Source: the human T2T-CHM13v2.0 reference genome, Homo sapiens. Taken from it: a DNA stretch of 64,000 nt. The DNA is taken from the NCBI RefSeq assembly GCF_009914755.1, contig NC_060942.1; one strand, given 5' to 3'. Positions 14,205-29,009 of the stretch are shown here, one piece after another. A program made the position numbers and the translations under genes. Within the stretch, counting starts at the first letter, position 1. The number at the start of each line of letters is the position of its first letter. The notes under the pieces are model-generated. The model searched no databases. It was not told the origin of the DNA and was given only the letters and a program-made list of their open reading frames with translations.

Positions 14205-15915
14205 AGGGCAAAATTGCATCCTATCACCTTAATGGTAAAGTCCTGAAAGCTTTTATTAGAAGATCAGGAGTAAGACAAGATTCCCTGCTCTCACCTCCCT
14301 TATTTAACATAGTACTAGAAGTCATAGCCAGAACAATTAGGCAAGAAGAAAAAATAAAATCATCCCAATTGGAAAACGAGTAAAATTATCTCTGTTCACA
14401 GACAACATGATCTTATATGTAGAACCCTAAAGATTACATACATGCAAACCCTAAATGAATTCAGCAAAGTTGTAGAATATAAAGTCAACAAGCAAAAATA
14501 AGATATGTTTCTATCAACTAATAATAACGTGAAGAGAAAATTAAGAAATCAATTTCATTTATAATGGCATCAAAATTAATGAAATACTTAGAATTAACAA
14601 AGGATGTGAAGACTTCTACATTGAAAATGGTAAAATGTTGCTGAGAGAAATTAAAGAAGGCACAAAATATTGAAAGACATTTGACATTTATGGACTGAAA
14701 GATTGTTAAAATGTCATACCTGCCAAAGGAATCTGCAGAGTTAATGCTGAGTTAAATGGTAATTCTGTTTTTTTGTTATTTGAGAAATTACCACACCACT
14801 TTCCACAATGGCTGAACTGATTTTCACTCCCAGCAGCAGTGTATAAGCATTCCCTTTTATCTGCAACCTCACTGGCATCTGCTATTTTTTTGACTTTTAA
14901 ATGGCCACTCTGACTGGTGTGAGATGGTATCTCATTGTGTTTTTTATTTGTATTTCTCTACTGATTAGTGATGGTGACATAAAGAGATGTAGAATGTTAT
15001 CAAAAGTCGTTTCTGCGTCTATTGAGATAAATAACCATGTGGATTTTGTTTTTAGTTCTATTTATACAATGAATCACACTTATTGATTTGTATATGTTGA
15101 GTCAAACTTGTATCCCAGGGATGAGGCCTACTTGATCATGATGGATTAGCTTTTTGATGTGCTGCTGGATTTAGTTTGCTAGTATGTTGTTGAGGAATTT
15201 TGCATATGGATGAACAAACCATGGCTGAGAGTGTGGGATGTAGGTCATGGGCTGCTTTATATACACAGCCAGGACCAAGGTCAGTGAGCCTGTTACTCAA
15301 GACAGAGAGGACCCTGAGCAGATAGTGATAATGGCAAGGTTAAGGCCAAATTTTAATATAGCTGAGTACACAGGGAGATGAAGTTGTCTTTGGGTCTGTA
15401 GTTGGGACAACAGTAAGTGAGCCTGCCACCTGGATTTTGGCCTGCCTTCTGAAAATCTTCATCCTTGGTCTGGGGCTCCACTACAGTTTCACAACTTCCT
15501 GCCTAGATTCCCAAACTCCCACCATGTTCCCACAAAGCCATTTGTGAATGGCTGTCAAATTATTGTTGCTACGGGGGAATATGAGTGGGAGATCTCCTAT
15601 TCTGCCATCTTGCTGACATCATGTACCCCAGTTCAAGATCTTTCTTCTATTTTAATGTAAGCATCTACAGCTAGACATTTCCATTTTAGCACTGCTTTTG
15701 CTATATCCCATCAGTTTTAGAATGCTGTGTTTTCATTTTCATGCATGTGTGACTATTTTCTAATTTCCCTTGAGATTTCTTCTTGAACTCATTGGTAGTT
15801 TGAGAATTGGTTGTTTAATTTCCACATGTTGTAAATCTTTCCGTTTTCTTTCAATTGTTGGTTTCTAGTTTTATTCCATTGTGATTGGAAAAGATACTTT
15901 GTATGATTTGAATAT
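14205..15915. mobile_element. Composite of L1M fragments in both orientations
   Basis: 14205-14745 (+) is ORF2 RT region (LLSPPLFNIVLEVIARTIRQEEKIK); 14746-15205 are two minus-strand ORF2 pieces; ~15205-15625 resembles a minus-strand L1 5' region; 15630-15915 is a minus-strand ORF2 piece. Confidence 0.8.
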
Positions 15916-16194
15916 TACTTCCCACTTATACTTGAAAGATAAAGAAATGCTTCCTGGGAGAAGTAGCACCTAAATTGAGTAGGAGGGGTTAAGAGAAAGT
16001 GAAGCAAGAGAGAAAAGGAAAAAAAGAAAAAAAGAAAACCAGAATCCCATATGTTGAAAAGAGTATGGAACAACAACAATAAAAACTTAGACAATTTCAG
16101 TGTTCCTAAATCCTAGAGTTTAGAGGAGAAATGTTGATGAAATGTAAGAGATAAATAAGATTAATTATGAATATATTTAAAAGAGTCATGTATT

Positions 16195-16900
16195 TGAATG
16201 AGGTATCTGAAGTCAGACTGCCTGGGTGTAAACCCTGGTTCCAGCATTACTAGCAGTCTGATTTTAGGAAAATCACCTGACCTCTCTAAAAGGTAGATGT
16301 CTCATTTGTAAAGGTAACAATTATTTGTGTTTGGGTCATGTAGTTGTTACAAGGATTAAATGATACAAGATGAGGAAGTCACCTTATATTTTGTATGTAA
16401 TAAATACAAGAGTGTCTTGCATGTAAAAAAACTAATAAAGGATGAATATGTTCATTATTATTAAGAAACGTGGAGTTCATTATAATGCCATCTTCAAATG
16501 TGCATTTTAGAATGCTCGCTCTGGCTGAAATGTGGTGAGTGAATTGCAAGACGGAAGACTAGAGGCACAGAAAGAAGATTAAGTAAATATGTAGTAATTC
16601 AGGTGAGAAATAATGTATAAGATAATGGCATTAGGGTTGGAGGAAAGTTGACAGATTTGCAAGATGTTTAGAAGGTAGAAACTATAGCACTTAGTGACTA
16701 ATTGTGTGAGAAAACAAGAAGGAGGAAGGTAGAAGAGAAACTCTCAGATTTCTTGCATTTGAAGCTGGGCAGATGGGTATGACATTTCCTGAAAGAGGGG
16801 AGGCAGAAGGATAACCACAGGTTTAATTTTAGAAACGTTGACTTTGCCATGTCTGTGGCTCATTCAAGTGAAGACAATAAAGAAACAGTTATCTGGGCCT
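16195..16900. mobile_element. MIR followed by L2 fragments
   Basis: tctgaagtcagactgcctgggt...aggattaaatgata (MIR); tgcattttagaatgctcgctctggctg...gaagctgggcagatgg (L2). Confidence 0.65.
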
Positions 16901-19816
16901 GAAGCTCTGGATAAAGCTCTAAGGCTCTTCTTTCATTGTATTCATTTATGGTCTTATTCATGCCAATCTTATTCTACATATCTCAGCCTGTTAAATATCT
17001 ATACTTCTGTAAAACACAGTTTTACACATTATCTGTAAAACACAGCTGGAGCTCCTGAAACTGGAAGTCATAAACTCCTAGAGTCTGGCTGCAATCTACA
17101 TTTTGTTTTATGTAGCATTTATATTATAAGCAAAAAGCAAACTGAATCACTGCTAAAAGCTTTTAAAACATCATCGGATTTTGGCACAACTCAATAATTA
17201 TTCATACTGTTGATTGTGAGCCACAAGTAAACAAATGAATTATTTTCAGAAACCGTTGCTGTAGAAAGTAGTAATGATCAACCATAGGAGGCATTTTTCC
17301 AATGTATAATGGTGAGTAACTCTCACAAATCAGATTATTGCTAGCTGCTGGAGCTTTGAAGACACACAAAAACACACATGGGCACATACAATCATAGTCT
17401 TTACTCTCAAGGGGTTTGTAAAATAATGGTGGGAGACATACATATAAACACATATATACAATGGGATGTCAAAATCACAAAATGTATAAAAGCATAAATG
17501 CCACTTCAAGGAAATTCATTTCTTATGACTGTGCTCCAGAAGGTAGAAGTTGTGGAAAGTATGACTTGCAGGGTGCTCCATCTAGTATGATTTTAGCAAC
17601 TCTCAGCCATTCTAAATGTATTCAGCATATGGCCAACCATACAATTTTTCTATTTTCTATTCCACTGCTCTTTGTACATTCACTGATATTCCTCTCCCAA
17701 AAGAGAAATCTTGTGGAATCACTTGCAATTTATTTGAAGATGCATGGGGTTGTTTTTCAATTTCACAGGGAAATAAGAATAGTTACTCTGAAAAGGGCTC
17801 TGTGACCCAAGGATTATAAGTGAATCTTTCAGATTTCGTGTTTGTTTATTTAAACTCAAAGCCCCAAAGAAGAGCCTGCTGAGGCCAGGGGCACGCTGAG
17901 TAATCTAGGTGAGAACTCCTCTGTGTGATTATCTGAGCTCTAGATAAGCCCAGCACATGAAACGTATATCAAATAAAAGCTTCTCTTGGGATCAGAAAAT
18001 CCCTTCAAAGGGACTTGATGAGAATTGGCTAGAAACTAAAGCCAGACCTTTTATCCACGGCTTTTTTTTTTTCTCTCTTTTAAAAAGTGTCTATCAGAGT
18101 ACACATTTCATTGTGGGGAATCTAGGTCACCTGCCTGGCCTCCATAGAAACTAATCCTTTTCATTTCCTCCCCATAAACAATCTTTCTGTTTCCATTCAT
18201 TCACTCCCTTTGAGACCACCCATGCAGAAATACACTGTCAGAAATACTCTCTTGAATGCATATAAACACTTCCCTGAATTTCAATCATCTGCCTATAGAC
18301 CCAATCCTGAAGTGAACTCATTTATCTTCTCAAGCATGAGGCCAAATGTATACAAAGCTTTATCAGGCAGAAATGGTAGCAGCTGCCTGCTGTATCATTT
18401 GCGCAGAAAAGCACACTAGGACTGCATTCTTGGAGGCATCCACTACCTTAAAATTTATCTCAAAGTACTAATGTTTAATTTGAGATCATTGCTTCTCAGG
18501 ATATATCTTCTCCACTGTCCCTCTTCAGCAGAATTGCATAAGAAGAAATCACTAAAGACCTATATTAAAGCCTCAAATCTATCACTAAATATCTGTTATT
18601 GGTTGGCCATGAAACCTTATTTGTAAGATGGCGATAATAGTAACACTAGTCAACGCATGGGAGTTCTATAAGGATCAACAAAAGTAGCACATAAGACAGT
18701 GCTTTTGAAAAAAGAAAGCAAAATTCAAACTCAAGGAATATTATGTTATGAGTTTTATTTAGTACTGCTTCAAATTAGCCATGAAACTAAATTAAAACTA
18801 AATTATTTCTGCTATTTATATTTACCCATGTGGAAATGTTTTTCCCAAGTAAATCATAAACTTTTTGGCAAGATATGTTTGCAATAATAACTAGAAATAT
18901 AAAGTTTTTGATTAATTAAAAAGTGTAAGGTATTCTGGATAATTTTCCCAAAGCAGCTAATGTATTTTTTTCAGAATAAACATATTCATTTACATAATTT
19001 TAAAATATTTTAGTTGCAAATATAAAATTAGGATAATATAAGACCACCAAAATATATAACTAAGAAAAAAATATCAGAAATTTAATGGTAAATTTTCATT
19101 AAATGATTTTCAAATATCTTAAGATGATTGAATACTTCTTACATGGTTTACCTCATAATCTGAAATATATAATTCATATTACAATGAAGCTATTTTTCTA
19201 TAACTCCAAGCTATTATACACCTCCAAGATATTAATCACTGACCCAAATTTTTTAAAGGCAATAAATAGTACAAAGTCTCATAGAATCAATTTATAAGAT
19301 CTTTCTCAAAGGATTACTTGAATAAATCATCTCAATTGTAGGTACATATGTGTGTCTGTGTGTACAGAGCAGAAGTATCTTGCAACGTACTGTGCTGCAC
19401 ACTTTTTCTTGACCAAAATGTTAAATCCTGGATGAATCAGCATTGATACAAATCTAATGTATGTATCAATATATTGATCAATAAAGGGTTCAATATGTAT
19501 TTGAGTATGTAATAGGTGCTGCACACTCAGATGGCAATACAGTCTACACAACTGAAAAAGCCAGGTGGTTTCCACCCACATTGAATTTATAATCTTGTGG
19601 GAATACATAAAAAAGCAATTGCACTGTATTTTAATGAGTGCTACATTAGAAGTACTTTGAAGGGTGCTTATTTAGGGAGATGTCAGAGAACACTCAGAGG
19701 AACTGATGTTGAGCTAAGGTCAGTTCTTCAAGTGATGGATTGAAAACAGAGTTAGGAAGGAGGAAGACAAGGAGGGCTCTGCCACGAAAAGAGAAAAGAA
19801 GTTGCATGAGATCTGA

Positions 19817-20920
19817 TGTAACCCTTCCTTTGGGCCTAAACATTCAGTGAAATGTCATAAAAGTCTACCTGTTTGTTGGCTGTGAAAAAGGCTTGTAAAA
19901 CTGGCTGAACTGAGTTTGTGGGACGACTCAGGGCAAAGAAGAACAACCTTTCCTATCATAGAAGTAAAAGCTGAAGACAGGGTACCACAAGGACCTAAAC
20001 CCTAGAAATTCACAGGAATTATAAGGCAGAGCATGGATTTTTTCTCATGCTGTAATATTGAGAATTCAGTACAGTTTACTTAGGTCTCTGAGAAATAGGA
20101 GCTTCCAGATGATATCTGACTTACACAGCAATTGAAATCTTTCCCCCAGAAATCAACTACCCCACTAGCATCTATTTATATAGATGGAATCTCCCTAGTA
20201 TCAGAGGGATGCTGATTGGTGTCAACTACCCCACTACCACTAGGTAGGTAATAGGGTAGTTGATACCAATCAGTATCTCTCTGATACCCCCCGGAGATTC
20301 CCAGTGTTACTGCTCTGGAAAGTCTGCCCAAAGTGGCCAATCACACACTTTCTGTGGTGTTTGCAGGCAGATTCTCCAGTGACTAACATGCTTGTCAGAA
20401 TGTCTGTGCCCCTGGACTCCTCTGCAGGAGGCCTTGCCAAGAACAGAAAACCCAATGAGGAAGGGCAAGCTGGGGTGTGTCCTGTGGAGACACAGAACCC
20501 TACCTGGAGATTTGCAGGTACAGAGGACCACTACTGGAAGATGTCATTTTAAACAATGACTTATCAGATCAAGGACAAGCAGATGGAGATGTATTTGATA
20601 AGGAATATACTGATCTTCTGATGAGGGGACATGTAGCCCTGGCAAGAGTATGCAGAAGGAACAGCCAAATGACTGCTCTTCCCCAAAGTCATTATCTACA
20701 GAAAATGCTTCAGTGTGTCTCTCATATGTTAGAAACATTTAATCTTTTCCTTTCAACCTGAGAGAGTAGAAGGATCCATTGGAAACCTAATTCCCTGGCT
20801 GTCTTCTGCCAAATAAATATGAGCAACAGGACTAGGTCACGGTCACTGATGCTGAATGTCTCCAGTTCTTTGTGTCTGCCTCACTTAATTATTGCTTGGG
20901 GATGAAGGGGAAGAGAAGAA
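19817..20920 (+). mobile_element. Possible ancient LTR-like element, family not assigned
   Basis: GC content rises relative to the flanks; tgtaaccc start and aataaa...gtgtctgcctc 3' segment are LTR-like. Confidence 0.3.
20186..20301. repeat. Long imperfect palindrome (41-bp stem, 8-nt loop, extra 9-bp outer stem)
   Basis: 20198-20238 is the reverse complement of 20247-20287 with 5 transition mismatches; ggaatctcc (20186-20194) pairs with ggagattcc (20293-20301). Confidence 0.95.
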
Positions 20921-21322
20921 AATAATCTTTCCTCCCCAGCACCTGGCATCTCTTGGTCTACCTTTTTAACACCTCAAAAATACCCTTGAAAAATGGCTTT
21001 ATGATCCTAAGACCATGATCTCTGCAATACCTGTCTTCCAGAGGTTGTATATGACAGAATGAGCTTAAATACATATTATTTCTTCACAGAAATAAAAAGA
21101 ACTTTTATGATCAAGGCAATTGTACAAGTCTCAGTGTCCTAATGACTCTTCATCCTCATCTGATGGACCCTCGGAGAGGATTCCAATGTACCTCTGATGC
21201 CCATTGAGAAACTATGAGAATATCTAGCGACAAAGGTCTGATTTATACTAAGACTGCTATTTCTGGGAAGATAAAATCGATGACATTTTTCCTATTGTTC
21301 CTGCTATGTAAAATTTAAAACC

Positions 21323-22499
21323 AGGAGCCAATCATCATCCCAAAAGACACAATCCAAAATGCCATAATCTTGAATGTTGAAATCCTGGAAGATCAAAATT
21401 CCAGAAATAGAATTCTGGAAAAAAAAATTAAAAAAATTAAAAATATATTTATTCATATTTTAAGGGAATTCCTTTGAGAAAAATATATAAATATGACAGA
21501 ATACTTCATAGGCCACTTTAAACAATAAAATAAGCAATAATAACATACATATTTTTGCAAACATAAACACTCAGGTACATTAATGACAGTCTCAGGAATA
21601 TAACAGCTATGAGAAGATAAACTATATTCATAAAGAAATAGGTCAAAAAGTGAAATGTATAAACACATATCACAAAGGTTGTTCATTGTGTGCATGTAGC
21701 TTTATAATTGCAGTCCACGGAAACACTGTCATGAACAACCTAAGTCCTGACTAGATTGACTAGAATCCATGATGGGTCACTACCATCTATGTCTGAAGAG
21801 CTGAGATCTCAAGAAATTTTATATTTCACAAATGCAGATGTACAAAAAGGACTTCTCTTCATTGATGGTGGAAGGTTTAACCTTTTTACATTGAGTACCA
21901 AGAAAGCCAACTCTTAGTCGGAAGCCAAAGCCTCAGAACTTGGGGAGCTGCTGGTGTAAGACCTGGAGTCCAAAGGCTGGTGAGCCTGGAGTTCTGAAGT
22001 CCAGCGCAGCAGAGGAAAAGTCTGTCTCAGCTCTCAGAGAAAGATCAATTCACCTTCCGCATTTGTTCTCTGCGGGCCCCCAGTCAATTGGATGGTGCTG
22101 CCAACGTTGATGGCAAATCTTTCCTAGCTAGTCCACTCAGACTCACATAGTGATCTCTGCAAACACTCCCACATACACACCCAAAATAATGCTTTACCAG
22201 GCTTCTACATATTCCTTAATCCAGTCAAGTTAACACCTAAAATTAAGTCCACAAATCCACTCCTTATCATCTTGACACCCATACACATTTCCTAAAACCA
22301 TACTTAATGTCCAAATAAAACAAGGTAATAGCTTCAGCTAACATGATACAGTTATCCCATTATTGTAATTTTCAGGATTTTAGATGTTAGGGATTTTAGA
22401 CTTTTGGGATGTAGATTTAGGAATTTTGATCTTTCAGGATTTCAACTTTCAGGACTATGGCATTGAGGATAGTGTCTTTTGAGATTATTATCCAAATTT
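21323..22499 (+). mobile_element. Ricksha (MULE/MuDR) non-autonomous DNA transposon carrying an MLT2/ERVL fragment
   Basis: Long TIRs: atcatcatcccaaaagacacaatcc...gccataatc versus gactatggc...tagtgtcttttgagattattat. The internal ~21890-22340 is MLT2-like LTR plus adjacent ERVL-like sequence. Confidence 0.8.
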
Positions 22500-22539
22500 A
22501 CACTTGCTCAAAAACTAAATACTTATGTGTATATTGAAC

Positions 22540-24460
22540 AAAACACATACATAATTTATATGCTAAAAATTATACAATACTAATGAAAGAAATCAAATAT
22601 TTAAATAAATATTATTTTTATAGATTGGAAGACAGCATAATAAAGATGTTCATTCTGTTCAAATTTATGTCATGATTTAACAAAATTCTTGTCAGAATTG
22701 CAGAACATTTTTTGTATCTATAGCATAACTATTTAAAATATTTTGGGAAAAAGGAAAGGATTTGGAATAGAATTTTAATTCCACAATATAATGAATAGAA
22801 AGGAATAGGAATTTTGAAAAAGAAAAATAAAATGGAAAGAATCAGTTTACCTGATTTCAACAGTTATCATACAGCTACAATAATCAAAACAATATGATGT
22901 GGGCAAGGGATACAGACACATAGATAGATAGAACAGAACAGAGAATCCAGAATAAAACCCACAAAAAATGTGACTGACTAAATTTTGACCAAGGCACAAA
23001 AGCAATTTAGTGGAGGAAAAAATAAGCGTTTTTAACCAGTGGTGTGGGACCAACTAAAACCCCATTGGCAAAACAAAAAATCCTAGAGCTAATCTCATGC
23101 CTTTCACAGAATTAACCTAAATGGATCACAGAATTGAATATACAATTTAAAGCTACAAGTTTTAGAAAAAAAAAAATGAGAAAATCTTCAAAATCAAAGT
23201 CTTAGAATTAAATTTCTAAGATGACATATTAAGCATAGACTACAAAAAAATGAACTTCACCAAAATTTTAAAAATCAATATCTTTTACTCTATGAAAGAC
23301 TCCATTAACATGAGGAAAAGACCAGCTAGAACAGCAGAAAATATTTGAAAATCACATATTTGACAAAAAACTCATGTTTAACATATATAAATAACTCTCA
23401 AAACTCAAGAGTAAAAGCAAAAAATAGGCAATCCAATTACAAAGTGATCAAAAGACAGGAAGGGCAATTTTCACCAAATATTACATATAGATGGCAAATA
23501 AGCACATGAAAACATGTTCAACATTATTAGCCTTAAATAAGTACAAATTAAAACCACAATAAGATATCTCTACATACCTAACAGAATGGCTAAAATAAAA
23601 AATGTAGTGACATTAACCTAATGCTGGTAAGAATGTATAAAAATTGGATCATGGACACATTGCTGATGGATACACAGAATGTTACAACCACTCTGAAGAT
23701 TGTTTCCTACAACAATTTAAAGAAAACTAATCATGCATGTATCATACAGAGCAACAATTGCATTCTATATGTATCATATAAAATAGCAAGTGCACTCCTG
23801 AGCATTTATTTTAGAGAAATAAAGACATGTTCACACATGAACACAAAGAAAGTAATGTTTTCAAGTTGTTTATCTTAGTTTTATTCATAATAGCAAAAAA
23901 CTGTACACATAGCAAATATTTTTCAATCAATGAATGGTTACACAAACTGTGATACAACCATATCACGGAATACTGTTGAATAATAAAAAAGCAGTGGAGT
24001 ATAATTGATACAGGCAATAAAGTGTGTGCATCTCTTTCAAATTATTCTAACTGAAACAGCCAATCTTTATTGGTTACAAACTGTATGATTCCACTTATAT
24101 AATATTATTTACATGACAAAATTGTAGATATAAAGAACAGATTTGTGGGTGCCAGGAATTGTGGAGAGAGCAAAATATGGCTTCATAAGGCAACATAAGG
24201 GATCCTTGTGGTCAGGGAAATGTTCTGTGTTTTGACTATCAATATCAATATCCTGTTTGTGACACTTCGTTACAATTTTCAAGAGGTTACCATTAGGAAA
24301 ACTGCATAAAGGGATATGAGATGTTTCTGTATTATTTCTGTTTTTTATTTATTTCATTTATTATACTTTTTTGGCTTCCAAGAAGAAACAATCTGTATTA
24401 TTTCTTATAATTCCACGTGAAATTATAATTATCTAAAACTAAAAAGTTTAATTAAAAATA
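22540..24460 (+). mobile_element. L1M (L1MC/MD-like) 3' ORF2 and 3' UTR
   Basis: acctgatttcaa...acagctacaataatcaaaac; atggcaaataagcacatgaaaacatgttcaac; L1M 3' UTR with A-rich end. Confidence 0.8.
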
Positions 24461-25756
24461 TCAGTATCCACTTATGTTTTAAAAACTCCAAATTTCAAAA
24501 AGCATATTAGAAAACTGGGCATAGAAAGCATCTTGCTTTACTGATTACTGGGTGTCTAAACAAAACCGAAAGCTAACATCATGATTTATAGAAAAATACT
24601 AAAATTATTCCCTCTGAGAGTGGGTACAAGATAAGAATACTCAGTATCAACAGTTTTATTCACCTCATGCTTGTGATTCATACATGCTTAGTTCTGCAAG
24701 AAAAATGATTGATGTGAAAAAAAAGTTTAGCATAGAAAAAAATGCCTCTATTCATGAAAAATATTGTTTGGGCAGGCATGTAGAAAATTCAAAGAAGCTA
24801 TAGAAAAACTAGATAAAATAAATGATTTTGTTGAGTTTTCTGGCAACAAACTTAGTAAAGAAAAATCAACTTATTTGTGAGTATAAGAAACAATGAGATG
24901 GGAAATTAGATTATTTAATGATGCAATTTACCATAATATAAAAAATTATCAAATTCCAAAGAATAAATCTTGTAAAATGTTTGTAAGACTTCTACTTAGA
25001 AAGCTATGAGATGTTATGAAGAAAGTTAAAGATCATCTAAATAAGTGGAGGTATATGCCATGTTTATGGGTTGGATGATTCAATATTGTAATGATGTTAG
25101 ATTTTCCCTAATTGATCTAGAAATGCATATCAAACAGATTTTGGGGTGGGAGCAGTGATGCACCAACTGATTCTAAATTTATATGGAAATGAACAGAGCC
25201 AAGACTTTGTTTAGAAAATCTTGGAAAAGGACAACAAGCTCTACCATGTATTAAGACTTACTGTTAATTCATAGCAGTTAAGACAGTGTGATACTGGCAC
25301 ATGGGTAGAAAAATAAACAGAATAGAGAACCTACATACTTATGAATCATTTTTTAATATTACAGTTGGCATTTCTGAGCAGTGGAAAAAATCTTTCAATA
25401 AATAAAATTGTTAATGGAACATAAATATTGTAATTTATATATTGGATATAAATATTGGGAAATAATGGAATTTGCTACCATACACTATATACAATAAAGA
25501 AATTTTAATTAGATTGTAAATATAAATATTCAAAGAAAAACAATAAAGCAAATAGGAGATACTTTAGAAGAATACCTTCATGACTTAGAGTGATAAATCT
25601 TAATAACTAATATAAAATGGCATAAAGTAAAAGATTGACCAGTTGGAATACATTTATAAAAATTGGGCTACATTAAAAACAAAAAACATTGTTCATCAAA
25701 AGTTTTTAATATGAGAATGAAAATATGAGTCATTTTATGAAATAAAGTGGGTGTAA

Positions 25757-26086
<330 letters not shown>

Positions 26087-26204
26087 CATATCCAGAATAT
26101 GTAAACATTCCTACAAATCATTCACAAAAGGCAACCTCCAATGAAGGGCAGGCAAAAGACTTAGGGTTAGCTTTCTTTTTGGTTGTTGGGGTGGTGGTTT
26201 TTAG

Positions 26205-26557
<353 letters not shown>

Positions 26558-27413
26558 AGCTGTTTATTTTTTGTAATAAACCAGAAATGTAAATTATTAT
26601 TTTAGTAAATAAACTTAAAGCTGTATAACTTTATTAACATCCAATAAAAAGCAAATTAAAACAATGATAATGATACAAATGCTAACCTAACAGCCTGGCA
26701 AATTTAAAAGACTAACAACATCAAATAATGGAGAGTTTGTGGTGCTATGAGAACTTTTATAATACTGCAGATGGTGTGTAAAATGGTTCAACCAGTTTAG
26801 AAACTGTTTGGAACTATCAACTAAAGCTGATTCTATGTATAACTTATGTGGCAGGCTGAATTATTGGTTTCAGTTATATATATACACATATGTGTGTGTG
26901 TGTATGAAAGCATAATATAAGTGTTTATGTATGTGTGTGCGTACGTATACACACACATGTATCATGGTCTCATGGCAAGTGGGTGTACTTCCCCATTCTT
27001 TGATTTTAGACTTGACCATGCAACTTGCATAATGAAATAATAATAGATGTGATGTGAGAAGAAGCATGAAACAGGCATGTGCAGTATGGCTCAGGCTGCT
27101 TTGATTATTCCATTGCCATGGGAAAAATATTCCCTCACCCTGCTGATTTCAGAAGCAACCTAGATACCTATCTGAAACAAAGACATCCCAACTCATCTAC
27201 AGCTGTATGAGGGACAAACAAAAGTTATCGTTACTACTCTGACTTTGTGGCAATGTGTTATACAACAAAAACACACTGGAACACTTTATTGCAAGCAATT
27301 TCACACATCAGGGATATATGTACATGTAGAGTTACACATGTGTGGGAAAGGCATAAATAAGAATATTTATATCACCATTATTCATACCATCCCTAAATTA
27401 GAAACAACGCCGA

Positions 27414-27810
27414 TGTCTTAGTTTATTTGTGTCGCTATAAAATAATACCTGAGGCTGGGTAAGTTATAAAGAAAAGAGGTTTATTTGGCTCACAGTTCTG
27501 CAGACTGTACAAAAGCATGAGGTGAACATCTGCTTCTGATGAGGGCCTCAGGAAACACACTCATGGCAAAAGGTGAAGTGGAGTAGATGTCATGTGATGA
27601 GAGAGGGAGGAAGAGAGAGGGAAAAAGAGGGCAGGCTCTTTTCAGCAAGAGCCTTGTGGGAACTAAGAGTAAGAACCATGAGAGTAGTACCAAGCCATTT
27701 ATAAGGGATCCACCCGCATGACCCAGACACCTTCCATTAGCCTCACCTCCAGCATTGAGGACCAAATTTCAACATGATATTTGGAAGGGACAAATATACA
27801 AATTATATCA
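27414..27810 (-). mobile_element. MaLR LTR (MSTB-like)
   Basis: tgtcttagttt...aatacctgaggctgggtaagttataaagaaaagaggtttatttggctcacagttctgcag...tatatca. Confidence 0.85.
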
Positions 27811-29009
27811 CCAGAGTGTATCAATAGTAGATGTATAAATCAACTCCAGTGTACTCATAGAGTAGATTATCTTTGCTATGAATTTCTTTAAACTATAGAA
27901 TACAACAATGTGGTTCAATCTTAGAAACATAATGTTGAGTGAGAGAATCGAGACAGAAAATATACTTTACTTTAAAAAAAAAGTTTTAAAAAGAGAATTT
28001 TGTAAATTCCTGAATTGTAAGAAAAAAGAAAATATTCACTTTCTCTAACTGTTCCTATTTTTACGGTAACACTATATTTGCATAAAATTAACCCATGATT
28101 TGACTAATTTTTTTCCAATAATTTTCTTATTTTTCTCTAGTCTATAACAATTGTATTTCAGATAATGACAATTTCTAGATAATTAGTCTTCATATTGAGT
28201 AAATACATTTCTGACCGTGTTGGTGAGTATTGGTTTTGGGGATGAAAAACAGAATGATGTTGAAGGACCTTTCCGTTCAAAACATCTTTCTCATTGGCCT
28301 GGCATGATGCCCCAAGTTCCACCTCTCTGCTTCATTCTCTCTGGTTAAGATAAGTCATTTTACTTCCAGGAACTCCCTATTAAAATGCAATAAAACTACA
28401 GGAGAGGTAAAATATTAAGCTATTATCAACCACAAACACCTTACCCTGAAATTACTTTTGCACAAAATTAGCTGTCACAAGAGAAAGCGGAAAGCAGGGC
28501 CTGAGGGAATGATCAGCAGGAATGATAAAAGGGAAATGGAAGGGGAGAGAAATACTGCTAATAGATTTAAGAGCAGAGACTAAGAGAGTACTGGGTGAAC
28601 AGCAGAGCTGCAAGAGGTGGATGGGCTCCTGAGGACCAGAAAGGACCACGGGTTAGGGCAGCAATCTGCTGAAGAGTAATGCATGCATGGGAGAAAAAGG
28701 TTCATTCTGTTTTCTCCTCAAAACTGATTAACAATAAAACATGTTTTTTTCTTGTTCCCCAAGCTTGCTGAATATGAAGTTTTAATAAGTGAACCCCATT
28801 ATACACCAAAGATAAATCTGACAGAGAGGGACATAATGTGTGGAATTCTAGGCTTGCCTTTGTGAAGTTGGACAATCCTTAATTTGTCAGCTTCTCTAAG
28901 AGCTGCAGAAACAAAACTTTCTCTATAGAAGGAGGACAAAAAGTTTTGTTTCTGTTCTTGTTTTTGGACAATGAATGGGCTACCTTAAAGCTTAAAGAAC
29001 TTTTCTGTA

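Noticed and set aside
17461-17805. 114-aa ORF in non-repeat DNA
   Set aside because: No homology I recognise and no promoter or splice support; length is within chance range.
20270-20761. Overlapping 61-94-aa ORFs
   Set aside because: No recognisable domain or exon structure; explained by locally higher GC in a probable old LTR.
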